From the human T2T-CHM13v2.0 reference genome, Homo sapiens: DNA of 64,000 nt. Below the pieces are notes generated by a model. It did no database searches and was not told the DNA's origin. It saw only the letters and a program-made list of their open reading frames with translations. The DNA lies in the NCBI RefSeq assembly GCF_009914755.1, contig NC_060943.1; one strand, given 5' to 3'. Made by a program: the position numbers and the translations under genes. This document shows positions 1 through 13,400 of the stretch, piece by piece (the first letter of the stretch is position 1; each line of letters begins with the position of its first letter).

Positions 1-60
1 GCAGACTTGAAACACTCCTTTTGTGGAATTTGCAAGTGGAGATTTCAGCCGCTTTGAGGT

Positions 61-77
61 CAATGGTAGAATAGGAA
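61..77 (+). promoter_or_regulatory. A-box / pJalpha-type site of the A-type monomer (one per dimer)
   Basis: CAATGGTAGAATAGGAA sits exactly one monomer (171 bp) before the CENP-B box and resembles the A-box consensus CTAYGGTGRAAAAGGAA. Confidence 0.75.
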
Positions 78-231
78 ATATCTTCCTATAGAAACTAGAC
101 AGAATGATTCTCAGAAACTCCTTTGTGATGTGTGCGTTCAACTCACAGAGTTTAACCTTTCTTTTCATAGAGCAGTTGGGAAACACTCTGTTTGTAAAGT
201 CTGCAAGTGGATATTCAGACATCCTTGAGGC

Positions 232-248
232 TTTCGTTGGAAACGGGA
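232..248 (+). promoter_or_regulatory. CENP-B box (first of 188 box positions, one per dimer; about 180 intact)
   Basis: TTTCGTTGGAAACGGGA matches YTTCGTTGGAARCGGGA, including the essential nTTCGnnnnAnnCGGGn. Three common alleles occur: TTTCGTTGGAAACGGGA (I dimers), CTTCGTTGGAAACGGGA (L) and CTTCGTTGGAAGCGGGA (F). Confidence 0.97.
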
Positions 249-273
249 TTTCTTCATATTCTGCTAGAAAGAA

Positions 274-613
274 GAATTCTCAGTAACTTCCTTGTGTTGT
301 GTGTATTCAACTCACAGAGTTGCACGATCCTTTACACAGAGGAGACTTGAAACACTCTTTTTGTGGAATTTGCAAGTGGAGATTTCAGCCGCTTTGAGGT
401 CAATGGTAGAATAGGAAATATCTTCCTATAGAAACTAGACAGAATGATTCTCAGAAACTTCTTTGTGATGTGTGCGTTCAACTCACAGAGTTTAACCTTT
501 CTTTTCATAGAGCAGTTAGGAAACACTCTGTTTGTAAAGTCTGCAAGTGGATATTCAGTCCTCCTTGAGGCCTTCGTTGGAAGCGGGATTTCTTCATGTT
601 CTGCTAGACAGAA
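274..613 (+). repeat. Representative 340-bp EcoRI dimer unit (188 dimers in the window)
   Basis: GAATTC at 274-279 and again at 614-619. Equivalent positions 104 and 63650 are 63,546 bp apart = 187x340 minus 34 bp, and the 34 bp is fully accounted for by the observed small deletions. Confidence 0.95.
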
Positions 614-1418
614 GAATTCTCAGAAACTTCCTTGTGTTGTGTGTTTTCAACTCACAGAGTTGAACGATCCTTTACACAGAGTAGACTTGAAACACTCCTT
701 TTGTGGAATTTGCAAGTGGAGATTTCAGCCGCTTTGAGGTCAATGGTAGAATAGGAAATATCTTCCTATAGAAACTAGACAGAATGATTCTGAGAAATCC
801 TTTGTGATGTGTGCGTACAACTCACAGAGTTTAACCTTTCTTTTCATAGAGCAGTTAGGAAACACTCTGTTTGTAAAGTCTGCAAGTGGATATTCAGACC
901 TCCTTGAGGCCTTCGTTGGAAACGGGATTTCTTCATATTATGCTAGACAGAGGAATTCTCAGGAACTTCCTTGTGTTGTGTGTATTCAACTCACAGAGTT
1001 GAACGATCCTTTACACAGAGCAGACTTGAAACACTCTTTTGGTGGAATTTGCAAGTGGAGATTTCAGCCGCTTTGAGTTCAATGGTAGAATAGGAAATAT
1101 CTTCCTATAGAAACTACACAGAATGATTCTCAGAAACTGCTTTGTGATGTGTGCGTTCAACTCACAGAGTTCAACCTTTCTTTTCATAGAGCAGTTGGGA
1201 AACACTCTGTTTTTAAAGTCTGCAAGTGGATATTCAGACTTCTTTGAGGCCTTCGTTGGAAGCGGGATTTCTTCATGTTCTGCTAGACAGAAGAATTCTC
1301 AGAAACTTCCTTGTGTTGTGTGTTTTCAACTCACAGAGTTGAACGATCCTTTACACAGAGCAGACTTGAAACACTCTTTTTGTGGAATTTGCAAGTGGAG
1401 ATTTCAGCCGCTGTGAGG

Positions 1419-2098
1419 TCAATGGTAGAATAGGAAATATCTTCCTATAGAAACTAGACAGAATGATTCTCAGAAACTCCTTTGTGATGTGTGCGTTCAA
1501 CTCACAGAGTTTAACTTTTCTTTTCATAGAGCAGTTGGGAAACACTCTGTTTGTAAAGTCTGCAAGTGGATATTCAGACATCCTTGAGGCTTTCGTTGGA
1601 AACGGGATTTCTTCATATTCTGCTAGAAAGAAGAATTCTCAGTAACTTCCTTGTGTTGTGTGTATTCAACTCACAGAGTTGAACGATCCTTTACACAGAG
1701 CAGACTTGAAACACTCTTTTTGTGGAATTTGCAAGTGGAGATTTCAGCCGCTTTGAGTTCAATGGTAGAATAGGAAATATCTTCCTATAGAAACTAGACA
1801 GAATGATTCTCAGAAACTCCTTTGTGATGTGTGCGTTCAACTCACAGAGTTTAACTTTTCTTTTCATAGAGCAGTTGGGAAACACTCTGTTTGTAAAGTC
1901 TGCAAGTGGATATTCAGACATCCTTGAGGCTTTCGTTGGAAACGGGATTTCTTCATATTCTGCTAGAAAGAAGAATTCTCAGTAACTTCCTTGTGTTGTG
2001 TGTATTCAACTCACAGAGTTGAACGATCCTTTACACAGAGCAGACTTGAAACACTCTTTTTGTGGAATTTGCAAGTGGAGATTTCAGCCGCTTTGAGT
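1419..2098 (+). repeat. Single-dimer (340 bp) tandem duplication of an I dimer
   Basis: The rare TTAACTTTTC allele is in two adjacent dimers (1511, 1851), while the homologous blocks carry it once (13401, 23931). Confidence 0.8.
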
Positions 2099-4437
2099 TC
2101 AATGGTAGAATAGGAAATATCTTCCTATAGAAACTAGACAGAATGATTCTCAGAAACTCCTTTGTGATGTGTGCGTTCAACTCACAGAGTTCAACCTTTC
2201 TTTTCATAGAGCAGTTGGGAAACACTCTGTTTGTAAAGTCTGCAAGTGGATATTCAGACTTCTTTGAGGCCTTCGTTGGAAGCGGGATTTCTTCATGTTC
2301 TGCTAGACAGAAGAATTCTCAGAAACTTCCTTGTGTTGTGTGTTTTCAACTCACAGAGTTGAACGATCCTTTACACAGAGCAGACTTGAAACACTCCTTT
2401 TGTGGAATTTGCAAGTGGAGATTTCAGCCGCTTTGAGGTCAATGGTAGAATAGGAAATATCTTCCTATAGAAAGTAGACAGAATGATTCTCAGAAACTCC
2501 TTTGTGACGTGTGCGTTCAACTCACAGAGTTTAACCTTTCTTTTCATAGAGCAGTTAGGAAACACTCTGTTTGTAAAGTCTGCAAGTGGATATTCAGACC
2601 TCCTTGAGGCCTTCGTTGGAAACGGGATTTCTTCATATTATGCTAGACAGAAGAATTCTCAGTAACTTCCTTGTGTTGTGTGTATTCAACTCACAGAGTT
2701 GAACGATCCTTTACACAGAGCAGACTTGAAACACTCTTTTTGTGAAATTTGCAAGTGGAGATTTCAGCCGCTGTGAGTTCAATGGTAGAATAGGAAATAT
2801 CTTCCTATAGAAACTAGACAGAATGATTCTCAGAAACTCCTTTGTGATGTGTGCGTTCAACTCACAGAGTTCAACCTTTCTTTTCATAGAGCAGTTGGGA
2901 AACACTCTGTTTGTAAAGTCTGCAAGTGGATATTCAGACTTCTTTGAGGCCTTCGTTGGAAGCGGGATTTCTTCATATTCTGCTAGACAGAAGAATTCTC
3001 AGTAACTGCCTTGTGTTGTGTGTATTCAACTCACAGAGTTGAACGATCCTTTACACAGAGCAGACTTGAAACACTCTTTTTGTGGAATTTGCAAGTGGAG
3101 ATTTCAGCCGCTTTGAGGTCAATGGTAGAATAGGAAATATCTTCCTATAGAAACTAGACAGAATGATTCTCAGAAACTCCTTTGTGATGTGTGCGTTCAA
3201 CTCACAGAGTTTAACCTTTCTTTTCATAGAGCAGTTAGGAAACACTCTGATTGTAAAGTCTGCAAGTGGATATTCAGACCTCCTTGAGGCCTTCGTTGGA
3301 AACGGGATTTCTTCATATTATGCTAGACAGAAGAATTCTCAGTAACTTCCTTGTGTTGTGTGTATTCCACTCACAGAGTTGAACGATCCTTTACACAGAG
3401 CAGACTTGAAACACTCTTTTTGTGGAATTTGCAAGTGGAGATTTCAGCCGCTTTGAGTTCAATGGTAGAATAGGAAATATCTTCCTATAGAAACTAGACA
3501 GAATGATTCTCAGAAACTCCTTTGTGATGTGTGCGTTCAACTCACAGAGTTCAACCTTTCTTTTCATAGAGCAGTTGGGAAACACTCTGTTTGTAAAGTC
3601 TGCAAGTGGATATTCAGGCTTCTTTGAGGCCTTCGTTGGAAGCGGGATTTCTTCATATTCTGCTAGACAGAAGAATTCTCAGTAACTGCCTTGTGTTGTG
3701 TGTATTCAACTCACAGAGTTGAACGATCCTTTACACAGAGCAGACCTGAAACACTCTTTTTGTGGAATTTGCAAGTGGAGATTTCAGCCGCTTTGAGGTC
3801 AATGGTAGAATAGGAAATATCTTCCTATAGAAACTAGACAGAATGATTCTCAGAAACTCCTTTGTGATGTGTGCGTTCAACTCACAGAGTTTACCCTTTC
3901 TTTTCATAGAGCAGTTAGGAAACACTCTGTTTGTAAAGTCTGCAAGTGGATATTCAGACATCCTTGAGGCTTTCGTTGGAAACGGGATTTCTTCATATTC
4001 TGCCAGAAAGAAGAATTCTCAGTAACTTCCTTGTGTTGTGTGTATTCAACTCACAGAGTTGAACGATCCTTTACACAGAGCAGACTTGAAACACTCTTTT
4101 TGTAGAATTTGCAAGTGGAGATTTCAGCCGCTTTGAGGTCAATGGTAGAATAGGAAATATCTTCCTATAGAAACTAGACAGAATGATTCTCAGAAACTCC
4201 TTTGTGATGTGTGCGTTCAACTCACAGAGTTCAACCTTTCTTTTCATAGAGCAGTTGGGAAACACTCTGTTTGTAAAGTCTGCAAGTGGATATTCAGACT
4301 TCTTTGAGGCCTTCGTTGGAAGCGGGATTTCTTCATATTCTGCTAGACAGAAGAATTCTCAGTAACTGCCTTGTGTTGTGTGTATTCAACTCACAGAGTT
4401 GAACGATCCTTTACACAGAGCAGACTTGAAATACTCT

Positions 4438-7400
4438 TTTTGTGGAATTTGCAAGTGGAGATTTCAGCCGCTTTGAGGTCAATGGTAGAATAGGAAATAT
4501 CTTCCTATAGAAACTAGACAGAATGATTCTCAGAAACTCCTTTGTGATGTGTGCGTTCAACTCACAGAGTTTAACCTTTCTTTTCATAGAGCAGTTAGGA
4601 AACACTCTGTTTGTAAAGTCTGCAAGTGGATATTCAGACCTCCTTGAGGCCTTCGTTGGAAACGGGATTTCTTCATATTATGCTAGACAGAAGAATTCTC
4701 AGTAACTTCCTTGTGTTGTGTGTATTCAACTCACAGAGTTGAACGATCCTTTACACAGAGCAGACTTGAAACACTCTTTTTGTGGAATTTGCAAGTGGAG
4801 ATTTCAGCCGCTTTGAGGTCAATGGTAGAATAGGAAATATCTTCCTATAGAAACTAGACAGAATGATTCTCAGAAACTCCTTTGTGATGTGTGCGTTCAA
4901 CTCACAGAGTTCAACCTTTCTTTTCATAGAGCAGTTGGGAAACACTCTGTTTGTAAAGTCTGCAAGTGGATATTCAGACTTCTTTGAGGCCTTCGTTGGA
5001 AGCGGGATTTCTTCATGTTCTGCTAGACAGAAGAATTCTCAGAAACTTCCTTGTGTTGTGTGTTTTCAACTCACAGAGTTGAACGATCCTTTACACAGAG
5101 CAGACTTGAAACACTCCTTTTGTGGAATTTGCAAGTGGAGATTTCAGCCGCTTTGAGGTCAATGGTAGAATAGGAAATATCTTCCTATAGAAAGTAGACA
5201 GAATGATTCTCAGAAACTCCTTTGTGATGTGTGCGTTCAACTCACAGAGTTTAACCTTTCTTTTCATAGAGCAGTTAGGAAACACTCTGTTTGTAAAGTC
5301 TGCAAGTGGATATTCAGACCTCCTTGAGGCCTTCGTTGGAAACGGGATTTCTTCATATTATGCTAGACAGAAGAATTCTCAGTAACTTCCTTGTGTTGTG
5401 TGTATTCAACTCACAGAGTTGAACGATCCTTTACACAGAGCAGACTTGAAAAACTCTTTTTGTGGAATTTGCAAGTGGAGATTTCAGCCGCTTTGAGGTC
5501 AATGGTAAAATAGGAAATATCTTCCTATAGAAACTAGACAGAATGATTCTCAGAAACTCCTTTGTGATGTGTGCGTTCAACTCACAGAGTTTAACCTTTC
5601 TTTTCATAGAGCAGTTAGGAAACACTCTGATTGTAAAGTCTGCAAGTGGATATTCAGACCTCCTTGAGGCCTTCGTTGGAAACGGGATTTCTTCATATTA
5701 TGCTAGACAGAAGAATTCTCAGTAACTTCCTTGTGTTGTGTGTATTCAACTCACAGATTTGAACGATCCTTTACACAGAGCAGACTTGAAACACTCTTTT
5801 TGTGGAATTTGCAAGTGGAGATTTCAGCCGCTTTGAGTTCAATGGTAGAATAGGAAATATCTTCCTATAGAAACTAGACAGAATGATTCTCAGAAACTCC
5901 TTTGTGATGTGTGCGTTCAACTCACAGAGTTCAACCTTTCTTTTCATAGAGCAGTTGGGAAACACTCTGTTTGTAAAGTCTGCAAGTGGATATTCAGACT
6001 TCTTTGAGGCCTTCGTTGGAAGCGGGATTTCTTCATATTCTGCTAGACAGAAGAATTCTCAGTAACTGCCTTGTGTTGTGTGTATTCAACTCACAGAGTT
6101 GAACGATCCTTTACACAGAGCAGACCTGAAACACTCTTTTTGTGGAATTTGCAAGTGGAGATTTCAGCCGCTTTGAGGTCAATGGTAGAATAGGAAATAT
6201 CTTCCTATAGAAACTAGACAGAATGATTCTCAGAAACTCCTTTGTGATGTGTGCGTTCAACTCACAGAGTTTACCCTTTCTTTTCATAGAGCAGTTAGGA
6301 AACACTCTGTTTGTAAAGTCTGCAAGTGGATATTCAGACATCCTTGAGGCTTTCGTTGGAAACGGGATTTCTTCATATTCTGCCAGAAAGAAGAATTCTC
6401 AGTAACTTCCTTGTGTTGTGTGTATTCAACTCACAGAGTTGAACGATCCTTTACACAGAGCAGACTTGAAACACTCTTTTTGTAGAATTTGCAAGTGGAG
6501 ATTTCAGCCGCTTTGAGGTCAATGGTAGAATAGGAAATATCTTCCTATAGAAACTAGACAGAATGATTCTCAGAAACTCCTTTGTGATGTGTGCGTTCAA
6601 CTCACAGAGTTCAACCTTTCTTTTCATAGAGCAGTTGGGAAACACTCTGTTTGTAAAGTCTGCAAGTGGATATTCAGACTTCTTTGAGGCCTTCGTTGGA
6701 AGCGGGATTTCTTCATATTCTGCTAGACAGAAGAATTCTCAGTAACTGCCTTGTGTTGTGTGTATTCAACTCACAGAGTTGAACGATCCTTTACACAGAG
6801 CAGACTTGAAATACTCTTTTTGTGGAATTTGCAAGTGGAGATTTCAGCCGCTTTGAGGTCAATGGTAGAATAGGAAATATCTTCCTATAGAAACTAGACA
6901 GAATGATTCTCAGAAACTCCTTTGTGATGTGTGCGTTCAACTCACAGAGTTTAACCTTTCTTTTCATAGAGCAGTTAGGAAACACTCTGTTTGTAAAGTC
7001 TGCAAGTGGATATTCAGACCTCCTTGAGGCCTTCGTTGGAAACGGGATTTCTTCATATTATGCTAGACAGAAGAATTCTCAGTAACTTCCTTGTGTTGTG
7101 TGTATTCAACTCACAGAGTTGAACGATCCTTTACACAGAGCAGACTTGAAACACTCTTTTTGTGGAATTTGCAAGTGGAGATTTCAGCCGCTTTGAGTTC
7201 AATGGTAGAATAGGAAATATCTTCCTATAGAAACTAGACAGAATGATTCTCAGAAACTCCTTTGTGATGTGTGCGTTCAACTCACAGAGTTCAACCTTTC
7301 TTTTCATAGAGCAGTTGGGAAACACTCTGTTTGTAAAGTCTGCAAGTGGATATTCAGACTTCTTTGAGGCCTTCGTTGGAAGCGGGATTTCTTCATATTC

Positions 7401-10400
7401 TGCTAGACAGAAGAATTCTCAGTAACTGCCTTGTGTTGTGTGTATTCAACTCACAGAGTTGAACGATGCTTTACACAGAGCAGACTTGAAACACTCTTTT
7501 TGTGGAATTTGCAAGTGGAGATTTCAGCCGCTGTGAGGTCAATGGTAGAATAGGAAATATCTTCCTATAGAAACTAGACAGAATGATTCTCAGAAACTCC
7601 TTTGTGATGTGTGCGTTCAACTCAGAGAGTTTAACCTTTCTTTTCATAGAGCAGTTGGGAAACACTCTGTAAAGTCTGCAAGTGGATATTCAGACATCCT
7701 TGAGGCTTTCGTTGGAAACGGGATTTCTTCATATTCTGCTAGAAAGAAGAATTCTCAGTAACTTCCTTGTGTTGTGTGTATTCAACTCACAGAGTTGAAC
7801 GATCCTTTACACAGAGCAGACTTGAAACACTCTTTTTGTGGAATTTGCAAGTGGAGATTTCAGCCGCTTTGAGTTCAATGGTAGAATAGGAAATATCTTC
7901 CTATAGAAACTAGACAGAATGATTCTCAGAAACTCCTTTGTGATGTGTGCGTTCAACTCACAGAGTTCAACCTTTCTTTTCATAGAGCAGTTGGGAAACA
8001 CTCTGTTTGTAAAGTCTGCAAGTGGATATTCAGACTTCTTTGAGGCCTTCGTTGGAAGCGGGATTTCTTCATATTCTGCTAGACAGAAGAATTCTCAGAA
8101 ACTTCCTTGTGTTGTGTGTTTTCAACTCACAGAGTTGAACGATCCTTTACACAGAGCAGACTTGAAACACTCCTTTTGTGGAATTTGCAAGTGGAGATTT
8201 CAGCCGCTTTGAGGTCAATGGTAGAATAGGAAATATCTTCCTATAGAAACTAGACAGAATGATTCTCAGAAACTCCTTTGTGATGTGTGCGTTCAACTCA
8301 CAGAGTTTAACCTTTCTTTTCATAGAGCAGTTAGGAAACACTCTGATTGTAAAGTCTGCAAGTGGATATTCAGACCTCCTTGAGGCCTTCGTTGGAAACG
8401 GGATTTCTTCATATTCTGCTAGACAGAAGAATTCTCAGTAACTTCCTTGTGTTGTGTGTATTCAACTCACAGAGTTGAACGATCCTTTACACAGAGCAGA
8501 CTTGAAACACTCTTTTTGTGGAATTTGCAAGTGGAGATTTCAGCCGCTTTGAGTTCAATGGTAGAATAGGAAATATCTTCCTATAGAAACTAGACAGAAT
8601 GATTCTCAGAAACTCCTTTGTGATGTGTGCGTTCAACTCACAGAGTTCAACCTTTCTTTTCATAGAGCAGTTGGGAAACACTCTGTTTGTAAAGTCTGCA
8701 AGTGGATATTCAGACTTCTTTGAGGCCTTCGTTGGAAGCGGGATTTCTTCATATTCTGCTAGACAGAAGAATTCTCAGTAACTGCCTTGTGTTGTGTGTA
8801 TTCAACTCACAGAGTTGAACGATCCTTTACACAGAGCAGACCTGAAACACTCTTTTTGTGGAATTTGCAAGTGGAGATTTCAGCCGCTTTGAGGTCAATG
8901 GTAGAATAGGAAATATCTTCCTATAGAAACTAGACAGAATGATTCTCAGAAACTCCTTTGTGATGTGTGCGTTCAACTCACAGAGTTTACCCTTTCTTTT
9001 CATAGAGCAGTTAGGAAACACTCTGTTTGTAAAGTCTGCAAGTGGATATTCAGACATCCTTGAGGCTTTCGTTGGAAACGGGATTTCTTCATATTCTGCC
9101 AGAAAGAAGAATTCTCAGTAACTTCCTTGTGTTGTGTGTATTCAACTCACAGAGTTGAACGATCCTTTACACAGAGCAGACTTGAAACACTCTTTTTGTA
9201 GAATTTGCAAGTGGAGATTTCAGCCGCTTTGAGGTCAATGGTAGAATAGGAAATATCTTCCTATAGAAACTAGACAGAATGATTCTCAGAAACTCCTTTG
9301 TGATGTGTGCGTTCAACTCACAGAGTTCAACCTTTCTTTTCATAGAGCAGTTGGAAACACTCTGTTTGTAAAGTCTGCAAGTGGATATTCAGACTTCTTT
9401 GAGGCCTTCGTTGGAAGCGGGATTTCTTCATATTCTGCTAGACAGAAGAATTCTCAGTAACTGCCTTGTGTTGTGTGTATTCAACTCACAGAGTTGAACG
9501 ATCCTTTACACAGAGCAGACTTGAAATACTCTTTTTGTGGAATTTGCAAGTGGAGATTTCAGCCGCTTTGAGGTCAATGGTAGAATAGGAAATATCTTCC
9601 TATAGAAACTAGACAGAATGATTCTCAGAAACTCCTTTGTGATGTGTGCGTTCAACTCACAGAGTTTAACCTTTCTTTTCATAGAGCAGTTAGGAAACAC
9701 TCTGTTTGTAAAGTCTGCAAGTGGATATTCAGACCTCCTTGAGGCCTTCGTTGGAAACGGGATTTCTTCATATTATGCTAGACAGAAGAATTCTCAGTAA
9801 CTTCCTTGTGTTGTGTGTATTCAACTCACAGAGTTGAACGATCCTTTACACAGAGCAGACTTGAAACACTCTTTTTGTGGAATTTGCAAGTGGAGATTTC
9901 AGCCGCTTTGAGGTCAATGGTAGAATAGGAAATATCTTCCTATAGAAACTAGACAGAATGATTCTCAGAAACTCCTTTGTGATGTGTGCGTTCAACTCAC
10001 AGAGTTCAACCTTTCTTTTCATAGAGCAGTTGGGAAACACTCTGTTTGTAAAGTCTGCAAGTGGATATTCAGACTTCTTTGAGGCCTTCGTTGGAAGCGG
10101 GATTTCTTCATATTCTGCTAGACAGAAGAATTCTCAGTAACTGCCTTGTGTTGTGTGTATTCAACTCACAGAGTTGAACGATGCTTTACACAGAGCAGAC
10201 TTGAAACACTCTTTTTGTGGAATTTGCAAGTGGAGATTTCAGCCGCTGTGAGGTCAATGGTAGAATAGGAAATATCTTCCTATAGAAACTAGACAGAATG
10301 ATTCTCAGAAACTCCTTTGTGATGTGTGCGTTCAACTCACAGAGTTTAACCTTTCTTTTCATAGAGCAGTTGGGAAACACTCTGTAAAGTCTGCAAGTGG

Positions 10401-13400
10401 ATATTCAGACATCCTTGAGGCTTTCGTTGGAAACGGGATTTCTTCATATTCTGCTAGAAAGAAGAATTCTCAGGAACTTCCTTGTGTTGTGTGTATTCAA
10501 CTCACAGAGTTGAACGATCCTTTACACAGAGCAGACTTGAAACACTCTTTTTGTGGAATTTGCAAGTGGAGATTTCAGCCGCTTTGAGTTCAATGGTAGA
10601 ATAGGAAATATCTTCCTATAGAAACTAGACAGAATGATTCTCAGAAACTCCTTTGTGATGTGTGCGTTCAACTCACAGAGTTCAACCTTTCTTTTCATAG
10701 AGCAGTTGGGAAACACTCTGTTTGTAAAGTCTGCAAGTGGATATTCAGACTTCTTTGAGGCCTTCGTTGGAAGCGGGATTTCTTCATATTCTGCTAGACA
10801 GAAGAATTCTCAGAAACTTCCTTGTGTTGTGTGTTTTCAACTCACAGAGTTGAACGATCCTTTACACAGAGCAGACTTGAAACACTCCTTTTGTGGAATT
10901 TGCAAGTGGAGATTTCAGCCGCTTTGAGGTCAATGGTAGAATAGGAAATATCTTCCTATAGAAAGTAGACAGAATGATTCTCAGAAACTCCTTTGTGATG
11001 TGTGCGTTCAACTCACAGAGTTTAACCTTTCTTTGCATAGAGCAGTTAGGAAACACTCTGTTTGTAAAGTCTGCAAGTGGATATTCAGACCTCCTTGAGG
11101 CCTTCGTTGGAAACGGGATTTCTTCATATTATGCTAGACAGAAGAATTCTCAGTAACTTCCTTGTGTTGTGTGTATTCAACTCACAGAATTGAACGATCC
11201 TTTACACAGAGCAGACTTGAAACACTCTTTTTGTGGAATTTGCAAGTGGAGATTTCAGCCGCTTTGAGTTCAATGGTAGAATAGGAAATATCTTCCTATA
11301 GAAACTAGACAGAATGATTCTCAGAAACTCCTTTGTGATGTGTGCGTTCAACTCACAGAGTTCAACCTTTCTTTTCATAGAGCAGTTGGGAAACACTCTG
11401 TTTGTAAAGTCTGCAAGTGGATATTCAGACTTCTTTGAGGCCTTCGTTGGAAGCGGGATTTCTTCATATTCTGCTAGACAGAAGAATTCTCAGTAACTTC
11501 CTTGTGTTGTGTGTATTCAACTCACAGAGTTGAACGATCCTTTACACAGAGCAGACTTGAAACACTCTTTTTGTGGAATTTGCAAGTGGAGATTTCAGCC
11601 GCTTTGAGGTCAATGGTAGAATAGGAAATATCTTCCTATAGAAACTAGACAGAATGATTCTCAGAAACTCCTTTGTGATGTGTGCGTTCAACTCACAGAG
11701 TTTAACCTTTCTTTTCATAGAGCAGTTAGGAAACACTCTGTTTGTAAAGTCTGCAAGTGGATATTCAGACATCCTTGAGGCTTTCGTTGGAAACGGGATT
11801 TCTTCATATTCTGCTAGAAAGAAGAATTCTCAGTAACTTCCTTGTGTTGTGTGTATTCAACTCACAGAGTTGAACGATCCTTTACACAGAGCAGACTTGA
11901 AACACTCCTTTTGTGGAATTTGCAAGTGGAGATTTCAGCCGCTTTGAGGTCAATGGTAGAATAGGAAATATCTTCCTATAGAAACTAGACAGAATGATTC
12001 TCAGAAACTCCTTTGTGATGTGTGCGTTCAACTCACAGAGTTTAACCTTTCTTTTCATAGAGCAGTTAGGAAACACTCTGTTTGTAAAGTCTGCAAGTGG
12101 ATATTCAGACATCCTTGAGGCTTTCGTTGGAAACGGGATTTCTTCATATTCTGCTAGAAAGAAGAATTCTCAGTAACTTCCTTGTGTTGTGTGTATTCAA
12201 CTCACAGAGTTGCACGATCCTTTACACAGAGGAGACTTGAAACACTCTTTTTGTGGAATTTGCAAGTGGAGATTTCAGCCGCTTTGAGGTCAATGGTAGA
12301 ATAGGAAATATCTTCCTATAGAAACTAGACAGAATGATTCTCAGAAACTTCTTTGTGATGTGTGCTTTCAACTCACAGAGTTTAACCTTTCTTTTCATAG
12401 AGCAGTTAGGAAACACTCTGTTTGTAAAGTCTGCAAGTGGATATTCAGTCCTCCTTGAGGCCTTCGTTGGAAGCGGGATTTCTTCATGTTCTGCTAGACA
12501 GAAGAATTCTCAGAAACTTCCTTGTGTTGTGTGTTTTCAACTCACAGAGTTGAACGATCCTTTACACAGAGCAGACTTGAAACACTCCTTTTGTGGAATT
12601 TGCAAGTGGAGATTTCAGCCGCTTTGAGGTCAATGGTAGAATAGGAAATATCTTCCTATAGAAACTAGACAGAATGATTCTGAGAAATCCTTTGTGAGGT
12701 GTGCGTACAACTCACAGAGTTTAACCTTTCTTTTCATAGAGCAGTTAGGAAACACTCTGTTTGTAAAGTCTGCAAGTGGATATTCAGACCTCCTTGAGGC
12801 CTTCGTTGGAAACGGGATTTCTTCATATTATGCTAGACAGAGGAATTCTCAGGAACTTCCTTGTGTTGTGTGTATTCAACTCACAGAGTTGAACGATCCT
12901 TTACACAGAGCAGACTTGAAACACTCTTTTGGTGGAATTTGCAAGGGGAGATTTCAGCCGCTTTGAGTTCAATGGTAGAATAGGAAATATCTTCCTACAG
13001 AAACTACACAGAATGATTCTCAGAAACTGCTTTGTGATGTGTGCGTTCAACTCACAGAGTTCAACCTTTCTTTTCATAGAGCAGTTGGGAAACACTCTGT
13101 TTGTAAAGTCTGCAAGTGGATATTCAGACTTCTTTGAGGCCTTCGTTGGAAGCGGGATTTCTTCATGTTCTGCTAGACAGAAGAATTCTCAGAAACTTCC
13201 TTGTGTTGTGTGTTTTCAACTCACAGAGTTGAACGATCCTTTACACAGAGCAGACTTGAAACACTCTTTTTGTGGAATTTGCAAGTGGAGATTTCAGCCG
13301 CTGTGAGGTCAATGGTAGAATAGGAAATATCTTCCTATAGAAACTAGACAGAATGATTCTCAGAAACTCCTTTGTGATGTGTGCGTTCAACTCACAGAGT

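Noticed and set aside
108-116. TTCTCAGAA resembles a STAT/GAS site; nearby GAA/TTC triplets resemble a heat-shock element
   Set aside because: This is an ordinary part of the alphoid consensus. Triplet spacing is 3, not the 2 needed for an HSE, and nothing in the sequence supports function.
12929-13306. Longest ORF (125 aa)
   Set aside because: It arises from a single private TAG>CAG change at 12998 that is absent from the duplicate copy at 23528; chance read-through.
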